DNA of 64,000 bases from Felis catus (taxonomy: Eukaryota). The notes beneath the pieces were generated by a model, which was not told where the DNA came from, ran no database searches, and saw nothing but the letters and a program-made list of their open reading frames with translations. Location: the NCBI RefSeq assembly GCF_018350175.1, contig NC_058369.1, forward strand, positions 12,896,001 through 12,960,000, given 5' to 3'. Of the stretch, positions 54,887-64,000 are shown one piece after another (the stretch's first letter is position 1; each line of letters begins with the position of its first letter). A program made the position numbers and the translations under genes.

Positions 54887-57269
54887 GCATGTGTCCCTTT
54901 GAATTGGCGTTGAGGCCTTTGATTCGGGGATGCCCAGCGGCCTGATATGTTGGTGATGGACCAGCAGGGGGCGCCTTGCTCCAACAAAAGGCCGTCCTGG
55001 CAACTCCTATCAAAGCTCCTGCCCTCTAAGGACTCTGCGATCCAGGCTTCCACACCCCTGTGGCAGCAGGTAAATGGTTAACTTCCCCTGCCACTGGCAG
55101 AAACTGAATCTTAAATAGGATCAGGATCTTTTCCAGAATCAGAGAAAGGGTCCTGCCTCCAGTGATTGAAGATACAAGCGCTCAGGTTTCAGGGGGCACG
55201 TGAGCAGAGCCTGGGAGGTATCCAGGGCCAACACAGGGTATGAAGAGAATTCTCCCGCCACTCAACCGACGGGGGCCCCCTGACCCCGTGTCTTCACGGA
55301 CTTCACTGCAATATGTCACTACTGATTTGTTTGCTTGTTTGGCCATCTGGGGCTGCCCCAGCATGGGAGGCTCCCGGAGGGAAAGGGTCACTCCGTGAGG
55401 TTTAGGTGTCCGTGAATGTCGCTATTATGCCTGTTTTTCGGAAATACGAACTGATGCCCAGAGACGAGAAGCAATACCGTAGGTCTGGTGGGGGGGGGGG
55501 GGGGGTCCCGATGTCCTCCACATGGGGAGGGCTGGAAGAGCTCCCAGGAGGCGTGAGCGGGGTCTGGGTGGGGAGAGAGCCGCTCTTGGGGCAGGATGCC
55601 TGGGCCCCACCCACCTCCCCCGGGCCCTGGCACACAGCTGGACTGAGGTCCTTGGCTACAGTCCTTTTTTTTCCAAGAAGGGTGAGGCGGTTTGTGGGAA
55701 GCAGCCATGGGGGTTATTTATAGAGGTCACAGGAAATCCCTAAAGAGTCAGAACCTCTCCCGGTGGCTGGGCCGCAGAGTCAGGGAGGGCGTCTGCCAAA
55801 TGCTCCCTGATAGGTACTCAGTCCCTGTCCTGCCCCTGGGGGAGCCACCAACTCGGGGGAGTCAGAGCTACATGTTCTGGGTCTATAAAAAGGGAGGGAC
55901 GGAGCTGGGGATTCCCCCAGGGGGAGCAAGGGCTATATCTGGGGCAATCAGGAGGGCTGCCTGGAGGAGGGAACTCTGGGGGCGGGCCTTGGAGAAAGAA
56001 GAATTTGCCGAGAAAAAGGCATTGTAATCTGACAGCACAAATTTAGAGATACTCTTTAGCCAGAGAATTAAAGGTCCAGGGCAGCTGGAGGCGAGAGCCG
56101 CATTGGAGGTGGGAGTGAGGGTGAGGGGAGGGACATAAGAGCCAATGAGCAGCTGGACTTTGTTCCCAGGGTAATGGGGAGCCATGGAGGGTGTGTGAGC
56201 CAGAGAGGGACATGGTCAGATCCCATGATGGAAAGGTCTCTCTGGACCAGCAGGGCTGGGAGTGGGGGCCAGCTGGAGGGATGACATCCTAGGATGCTCT
56301 GGATGGGAGAGACCAACCAAAAGTCAGACCTGTGCCCACGTGTCCAGAAAGTTTAGAATGATTATTTCTCAGATGAGAAGAGGGAGGCTGAGACCAACGG
56401 AGTCAAGATTTGAATCCAGGGATGTCTGGCCCCGGAACCCAAACTCAGACATCCTGTGGTTGCTGGGACTGGCGGGTGTCAGCGTCCTCTCCAGGTCTCT
56501 AGCTACCCAGGCAGTAGGCTTAGGGTCAGGGACGTCCTCGCTTCCTTGGGGCCTCCAGACTGGCCCGTCTGGGCGGCCTGGCCTGGCTGACCCCCCTGCC
56601 CTGGCTTGGCGGGGCCCCAGCCGAGTGTTTCCTGCAGTAGGTCGTCTCTCACCCGAGTTTCCGTATCCAGGAAATGTCGCTCCTTTGTCCCTCCTGACTA
56701 GCCTGCTTTAAGCTTTGCGTCGCCAGCCCTGGTTCCTTGTGACTCATCCCCTCCCCGTGTAGGGTCCCAGGGGGTGGGCTGAGAGGGAATCAAGGCTGAG
56801 GCAGTGGGGAAGGTTGGGGGGCGGGGGGGATGAGCCGACAAGTTGAGATTCTCGACCACAACTTTTAGGCCATTTTTCTACTGATGGCCATTTGCTTGGT
56901 TTCCTGGAGGTTTTACTCCTCAGGGATAAAGTCCCAGGAATGGGACCGCTGAATCAAAGGGTTTGCGCACTTTTACTTTTATTAAATGTCACCAAACTAA
57001 TTTCCAGAAGGGCCACCGTGAGATTTGCCTTTCTGCCAGTCCCATAGGAAAGTGCCCTTTCCCTACATGTTCACCAGCAGGGCGTATTACGGCTTTTTAG
57101 CTTTTTTTCCCTCCAGTCTCCTGGGAACAACGTGATTTCCCTGTGTTCCACTAACGTACTGTTCCCTGCTTTCCCCCACGGACTAAACTGGCAGTAACTT
57201 GGGGGGCATCTTTGCAAATCTTAGGAAGAGGAAAGCTACAGATGGGTCATCTGGTTTTTAAGGAACTGC

Positions 57270-57494
57270 TTTTTAAATTTTTTTTTTCAACGTTTATTTT
57301 ATTTTTGGGACAGAGAGAGACAGAGCATGAACGGGGGAGGGGCAGAGAGAGAGGGAGACACAGAATCGGAAACAGGCTCCAGGCTCTGAGCTATCATCAG
57401 CCCAGAGCCCGACGCGGGGCTCGAACTCCCGGACCGCGAGATCGTGACCTGGCTGAAGTCGGACGCTTAACCGACTACGCCACCCAGGTGCCCC
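57270..57494 (-). mobile_element. Young felid SINEC_Fc element
   Basis: Near-consensus ttttttgggacagagagagacagagcatgaacggggg...gacctggctgaagtcggacgc. Confidence 0.92.
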
Positions 57495-57759
57495 TAAACG
57501 TCTGCTATTTTAAAGAAACAACTCACAAAGCTGTCACGGTGTGGGCCGGCGTGGCCGTTTCGTGAAGCCCTCATTGACTATGACTTTTGCCATTTCTCTT
57601 CACGCACGGTGATGCCTATACCTTGAGGGAATCTGGTGTCACCCCAGGCTTGCTCTAGTTTGTGGGCTCTTCTGGCCTTGGGACGGCGGGGAGGGGTTTC
57701 TCCAGCTCTCAGTCTTTCCTCTCTTGTCGCCAAGCAGAAATCGCCACTCTGGAGTCTTT

Positions 57760-58157
57760 GAAAGGATTCAATAATATTTATTTCGTGCCACTAACATATT
57801 TTTATGGGCCACAGGCAGGGCTGAGTAGGGGGGGTGGGGAGAGGGACTGAGGGAGGGACAGCTGCCCCCATGGGCTACTATGGGGCCAGTGGGCGACATC
57901 TGCCCTGGGACCGGTGCTGCCTGGCAGGGGAGCCTGGGGACTCTCGGGGGGGGGGGGTGAGGGGGGGGAGACTCATGTTTTCCTGTTCTCACTTCCCTAG
58001 GCCTGGCACCCTGGGGGTGAGGAAGAGTCAGGAGACAAGAAAATTGGGAGGGCGGTGTGGTGGGGACACAGGCACGTGCAGACAAGCGGGACGCTGTGGG
58101 TGCGACGGCCCGTGTGCGTTGGAGGGGTGTGGCATTGTGCGAGGGCGGGGCAGGAAG

Positions 58158-58209
<52 letters not shown>

Positions 58210-58535
58210 ATGTCCTCCCGGTGTCTGTGCCGTGCTTTTGCGTGATGCCGTCGGCTCGAGACATCACTGTTACATCTGTGTGCTGTGGGTCCGGGACATC
58301 CTGCAGCATCCAGGGGTGGGGGAGGGGTCGCGTGGTGCGGGTGTGGGCCTGTGAGGGAGTAGCGGAGGCTGCGGTGGGGCGTGGGGAAGGGCGAGCGCGG
58401 GGTGCAGGCCAAGGGCGCCCACTTTGGTCTGTGTGCGGCCCGGGCTCCCGGCCTGTGCCAGGGGTGGCTCACGGCGTCTTGTCCGCAGACTGGCCAGTCA
58501 GGGCCACGCCTCGGTCCTCAGGGCCTGGAGCCTCC
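57760..58535 (-). other. PLVAP: PLVAP 3' UTR with AATAAA at 57782-57777
   Basis: Follows the TGA; CA-rich UTR ending ...GTGGCACGAAATAAATATT on the minus strand. Confidence 0.8.
58161..58206. repeat. (GT)23 microsatellite in the PLVAP 3' UTR
   Basis: Perfect dinucleotide run. Confidence 0.95.
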
Positions 58536-59818
58536 TCAGCCACTAAGGCAGGAAGGAGAGGGTGATACAATAGTCAGACAGACGGAAGGACAAACCTCGC
58601 CTGGGCCGGCCTCCTCCCACCCCAGGCCCGCTCTTGCTCCTAAGGATTCTTCAGCTCTTTTGGGGTTCGGCCTTCCCGAGACAGTGCTCGGAGAAGCCAC
58701 CTTCTGGGCTCCCGGCCTCTGCTCCGGCCTGACTTTCACCTTTGTTCCCCAAGGCCCGGGGGATCCCGGGAGTTTACCTCAAAGCCCCTGTCCACACCCC
58801 ACACCCCGCAGACAGGGTCTCAATCTCCCTCCTTTGTCTCCGTTGAAGTGGCCCAAGGTTTCTCCAACGAGCCTGCCCCGACTCACACGCTCTCCCTGGC
58901 TCCCCAGTGCCCTCGAGACGACAAAGCCAGATCCTTTCTACCTGGCCTTCCAGGCTCCACCCACTCCGTCCCCAGCAGTCCCCCTTGTCAGAAACTTCAA
59001 GAGCTGTCACTTCACCCCTCCCCAACGGCCTCTGCCGTCTGGGATGCCCTTCCCCTCCTTGGCCTCAGTGAGGTTCTCGTGAGGGGTCAGGGGTTGGCTC
59101 AGAGGCTGTTTCCTGGTCGGGGAGGAGGGGGCCTCAGCCAAGTCCTGCTTCCGCTGGCCCCCTCCCTTCCTTCCCTGGCTCTTCCCTGGGGCCCCAGCAG
59201 CCTCACGTTCCTTGGCTGGTGCTGGATCCCCGTCCCTGGCTCCGGCTTGACCAGAATGCGCCCGGCTCCCGACCAGCCCTGACATTCCTTCTTTACCCAC
59301 CCCTGCCCACCAGCCTGCAAGGGAGGGTGGTCCCTGGCCATCTGTCAGAGACTGAGGCTCCTCACTCCCCCGTCATCGCTTGTCTGGATGCCTTTGCCCT
59401 GGTCCTCGGCTGCTCGGCCTTCACCTCTCGACAGTGACCGGGGGGGGGGGGGTCCCTGGGAACACCTGAGTCCGGTCATGTCCTTCTCTGCTCGCTGCTG
59501 TGCCGGGGCTCCCGAAGTTCTCACCGCACCCACAAGGCCCTGCCTGATCTGTGTGTGCCCCCCGCCCCTCCTCACCTCCTACTCACCCCCTGGATCACTG
59601 TGCTCGAGCCTCACCACGCACGGTCGGTCCTGTCTCAGGGCCTTTGCACAGGCTGTGCTCTCTGCCTGGCTCACCCTTTCAGGGATGCCCCACTCTCCAT
59701 GGCTCCTTCCTCACCTTTCTAGTTCTTTGCCCAAAGGTCACCCTCACGCGGGGCAGAGAAGCCTGCCTGGCCTCCTGTGGAAAATTCTTTAATTTTTTTT
59801 TTAAGTTTATTTATTTAT

Positions 59819-59861
<43 letters not shown>

Positions 59862-62800
59862 ACGAGTAGGGGTGGGGCAGAGAGGGAGAGGGAGACAGAG
59901 AATCCCAAGCAGGCTCCCCACTGTCAGCACAGAGCCCGATGCAGGGCTCGAACCCACGAACCGTGAGATCGTGACCTGAGCCAAAGTCAAGAGTCAGATG
60001 CTTAACTAACTGAGCCACCCAGGCGCCCCCTCCTGCGGAAAATTCTCACCTCCTCACGCCATCTCATCCCTTTTCTGCCTCGCCCATGGCCAAGGGGCCC
60101 CACAGCGACATCTCACGCATCAGGTTTGCGATCTGTCTCCCCCCGCTAGACTGTGGGCCCCACAAGGGGAGGGGGGGCTTCCATGCCTCATTCCTCCTTG
60201 TGTTCTCATCACCCAGCCGCTGCCCAAGGTATCCGGGTTGAATAAATGAAACAAATCACAACGGTGATGGCAATGGACTTGAGTGACACTCGCCCCGTGC
60301 CCGGCTCAGGGCCGGGGCTGGACTCCCATCTTCAGCCTTCCGCTTTCGCTTTATCCAGCCCCTTAGCCCCTGCCCCAATATTTACTTACTTGTTTTCACA
60401 TCCACTGTGTGTGCGCGCGTGGGAATCAATTGACACCCACAGGACACAGTCTCATCAGGTAAAAAGGAAAACTAGTGCACTTGTCATCAGGAGAATGTAA
60501 CTTAAAAATGTCTAACAGTGGGGCCGCCTGGGTGGCGCAGTCGGTTAAGCGTCCGACCCGCTCAGGTCAGGATCTCACGGTCCATGAGTTCGAGCCCCGC
60601 GTCGGGCTCTGTGCTGACAGCTCGGAGCCTGGAGCCTGTTTCAGATTCTGTGTCTCCCTCTCTCTCTCTCTCTTTCTCTCTCTCTGCCCCTCCCCCGCTC
60701 GTGCTCTGTCTTTCTCTCTCTCTCTCTCTCTCTGAAAAATAAATACTGAAAAAAATGTCCAGGGATGGGGCCCCTGGGTGGCCCAGTCGGCTAAGCATCT
60801 GACAGTTGTTTTTGGCTCAGATCATGATCTCACAGCTCGTGGGTTCGAGCCCCGCATCAGGCTCTGTGCTGACGGTGCAGAATCCTTTCTCTCAAAATAA
60901 ATAAAACTTTAAATAAAAAAACATCCAGTGTGGGGCGCCTGGGTGGCGCAGTCGGTTAAGCGTCCAACTTCAGCCAGGTCACGATCTCACGGTCCGTGAG
61001 TTCGAGCCCCGCGTCAGGCTCTGGGCTGATGGCTCGGAGCCTGGAGCCTGTTTCCGATTCTGTGTCTCCCTCTCTCTCTGCCCCTCCCCCGTTCATGCTC
61101 TGTCTCTCTCTGTCCCAAAAATAAATAAAAACGTTGGAAAAAAAAATTAAAAAAAAAAAAACATCCAGTGAAAAAGCAAGACCTTGTGCTCAGGTCCAGC
61201 TGATGCTGGGCTGGGGGTTTGCCCCGGCCCTGGGAACGCAGGTATCCCCACAAGTGGGAGGCGTTAGGGCCTGTTAGCACCCCCAGAGACGTCCTCAAGG
61301 CTCAGAAGGAGTAAGGGTGGAAATGAAAGTGATTCTCCCGATCAGGGGGTGGATGATTTGATGCTGGACCTCAGACCTGGCCCCCGGTTGGACGGATTTA
61401 AAAATCAGACGTGCCTGAGACGCCTGGGTGGCTTAGTGGGTTAAGTGTCTGCCTTTGGCTCAGGTCATGATCTCATGGTCCGTGGGTTTGAGCCCCGTGT
61501 TGGGTTCTGTGCTGACAGCTCGGAGCCTGGAGCCTGCTTCGGATTCTGTGTCTCCCTCTCTCTCTGCCCCTCCCCCGCTCACACTCTGTCTCTCTTTCTC
61601 AAAAATAAATATACATTAAAATTCAGATGTGCCTGGCCTCACTGGGACTCCCAATCCAGAGCTGATGGCCTCTTTCTCAGGGGAAGGCGAATCAAGGCTA
61701 GAGCCCAGAACAAGAGGCCCTTCCTGAGCCCGGGCAGAAAGAAACAGGAGGGGCCTGCCTTAACTACTCATTGTTTTCTCTGCAGGGGGATGTCTTTTGG
61801 GGTAAACAGTGTCAAGAGCTTCCCCTTTTGCAGTTAGGACAGGCTTGGGCCCGGAGCCTGGCTCTGGCCCTGACTCACTGATGCATAACCCTGGGGCTGG
61901 TCACTTCCCTGGGGCCTCAGTTCCCTCCTCTGAGAAGTGGGGATAATAATAGAACCTCCTTCCTTGCCATGATGGCTTTAGGCCAAGATGGAGAGAGGAA
62001 AACTGTTTGCTTGGAACAGGGTCTTCTCTCCAGCTCTTGCATTCCTCTCCGCAGGCTGCCTGAGGCTAAGGGATCCCTCCCAGGCCGAGAGCCATCTGGA
62101 GCAAAGGGACAAGTTCTGTCCCCGTCGGAGGGGGGAGGTAAGAAAAGGCACAGTGGAGATAGAGCTGGATGCGGAGAAGCCCTGGGATTTGACCACAAAC
62201 CCGGAAGTCTACTGGTCGCCAAGGCCTGACGCAGGCTTGGGGTCGGTGGGATCTAACTTAGAACCCCCAGGGGTGTCCTGGAGCCCCGGGTCCTAAACTG
62301 GGAACGGCAATGCCAGTCGCTGACTCCTTGGTCCGCGATGTGGTCCTGAACGGAAGCCTGGCCACCACCTGGGAGCGACCACAGGATGTTCCTGGGGCCG
62401 GGGTCTGAGTCACCTTCCCTGTGATGCGCCGGCTGTGGTCTGGGAGGTGGTGAGGGCGGCACGGGCATCGGGCCCTGACCTGAGCGTGTGCGGGGTATCT
62501 TGAAGCGACCCTGCTGCAACCCCCGGCCCCTTGTGTTAGGCACTTGTGGACAGCACTTTACAGGTGGCAGAGAGTCTCCGTGCCCTTGACTTCAGAGACT
62601 TCCGTTTTTGCAGAGGTAGAGACAGAGGCTCAGAGAGGTGGGGTGAGAGGCCCAGGGTCTCTCTCCTGACCTCGCTCTCCTCCTTCCTCCCTTCCTCGGC
62701 TCCAGCCTCCCTCCCCACCCTAGTCTGGCCTCTGAGCCTTGACCCTGGCTCTTCAAGATGTCACCGGGAGCACTGTGGCTTCTGCCCGTCCCCAAACCAG

Positions 62801-63304
62801 CTCGCCCCCATCCCCCAGCTCAAAGGCCCTCCCTTGCCTGCCTGGAGTCCAACAGCCTGGGTTCGTGTCCCAGGCCCGCCACTCCCTGGCTGTGTTACCT
62901 GGTAGACAGAAGGCGCTCAATTAAGGAAGCAGCAAGCGTGTGTGAGATGAGCCTCCCTCCACCTGTAGTCCTGTTCCCATCCTCCTCTGAAGCCCTGAGA
63001 CTGAACCATCCCAGTCTGCCAGTGCCTCACCTGGATGGGGCTGCAGCCCCTGCGGGAAGCCTCTGGGATTCCAGGATCCTTCTCTTGAATTCCTCGAGGC
63101 CAGCTGGGTCTGCCGTGAGAGGAAGGGGTCAGGTCCACCCAACTGGCCCAACCCTGGGCTAAGGATGGGCCGGCAGGGCTGAGATGGGATAAAGAGTGGA
63201 AAGGATCGCCCCCGACCCCTTCCCGGCTCTGCCTTCTGTCACTTACCGATGGGCTGGGGGTTGGGGGCAGGGCCCACAGGTCTTGGTCCAGGTATCGGCT
63301 GCGA
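58536..63304 (-). CDS. PLVAP: Plasmalemma vesicle-associated protein, last three exons only: 63304-63247, 63109-63031, 58542-58536 (stop). The 5' exons lie beyond the window
   Basis: SQPIPGPRPVGPAPNPQPI|DPAGLEEFKRRILESQRLPAGAAAPS|SG* resembles the PLVAP C-terminus as I recall it. Canonical AG/GT sites are in phase, and the position after GTPBP3 is syntenic. Confidence 0.9.
59788..60029 (-). mobile_element. Can-SINE with TSD CTCCTG(T/C)GGAAAATTCT
   Basis: SINE body with (GA)n and a flanking direct repeat. Confidence 0.92.
60520..61160 (+). mobile_element. Cluster of three head-to-tail Can-SINEs (about 60520-60755, 60767-60920, 60932-61160)
   Basis: Three GGGG.GCCTGGGTGG-type heads; the third is flanked by the TSD AAAAAAACATCCAGTG. 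Confidence 0.9.
61418..61622 (+). mobile_element. Can-SINE with TSD TCAGA(C/T)GTGCCTG
   Basis: Head, CT tract, tail and flanking repeat. Confidence 0.88.
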
Positions 63305-63824
63305 CTGTGGGAAGAGAGACAGAGGGAGGTCGGCAGAAGCCGGGACCCCCTGAACCAGAGGGCCAGGGAGGCTCCTGTTCCTTCATGCCCCATAGTACCT
63401 GGAGCTGAGTTCCTTCCAGAGCAGGGACACCGATACCAGAGAAGGACCCTCACATCAATGGATGTCCGATCACCTGCACCCACCTGCGCTCAAGTGACTG
63501 GGGACTCCAGGGACTGGCTTCCCTCAGAAGCCCCCCAGAGACCCCACTGTGGCCTGCCTCAGTCTCCATTACTGCCTCAGTGCCAACCCAATGGATCCCA
63601 ATCCATGACCCCAACTGAGCCAATCCCCCCGAACCCGAAATCCAAAGCCAGCTCTAAACTCAATCACCTAAAATCCAATCCCAACATGAAAACAGAACCT
63701 TCCTTAGACCCAAAGCCTCATCTAAACCCAATCCGAATGACAAACTTGATCCAACCGGAACTTTACAACCAACCCTGACCCCAACCCATCCCTTAGACCT
63801 GGTTGCTATGAAAAATCTGCCCCC

Positions 63825-64000
63825 GGGGCGCCTGGGTGGCGCAGTCGGTTAAGCGTCCGACTTCAGCCAGGTCGCCATCTCGCTGTCTATGAGTTCGAGC
63901 CCTGCGTCGGGCTCTGGGCTGATGGCTCGGAGCCTGGAGCCTGTTTCCGATTCTGTGTCTCCCTCTCTCTCTGCCCCTCCCCCGTTCATGCTCTGTCTCT
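63825..64000 (+). mobile_element. Young felid SINEC_Fc element, truncated by the window end
   Basis: GGGGCGCCTGGGTGGCGCAGTCGGTTAAGCGTCCGACTTCAGCCAGG head. Confidence 0.92.

Noticed and set aside
55710-55895. MEF2-like TTATTTATAG and a perfect TATAAAAG suggesting an orphan promoter
   Set aside because: Downstream sequence looks like decayed L2 repeat, with no exon or CpG support; a chance match is likely.

Overview
This is mammalian genomic DNA, almost certainly from a cat-family animal (young felid SINEC_Fc-type Can-SINEs are abundant). It is a gene-dense, GC-rich block syntenic with human 19p13.11. By reading splice sites and checking exon phases I reconstructed seven genes: BABAM1 (+, 334 aa), ANKLE1 (+, 631 aa), ABHD8 (-, 432 aa), MRPL34 (+, 86 aa), DDA1 (+, 102 aa), ANO8 (-, 18 exons, start of the last exon hidden in an N gap) and GTPBP3 (+, 492 aa). 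The last three exons of PLVAP (-) are also present. The rest is introns and intergenic DNA with Can-SINEs, MER20/MER58/MER53 DNA-transposon relics, MLT1 and ERV1-like solo LTRs, L1/MIR fragments, microsatellites and four N gaps. I found no evidence for a wholly new multi-gene system, and most ORFs in the supplied track are GC-rich or antisense noise. The most interesting signals are regulatory: a U12 minor intron before a 25-nt BABAM1 micro-exon; a perfect-Kozak start-stop uORF plus an overlapping uORF in the ABHD8 leader; an in-frame, stop-free GC-AG intron in GTPBP3; a GC-AG intron and a weak-donor alternative C-terminus in ANO8; overlapping DDA1/ANO8 poly(A) signals; a CDE/CHR element at ANKLE1; and repeated SINE insertion into the same target site. 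Comparisons with human orthologues are from memory and need alignment to confirm.
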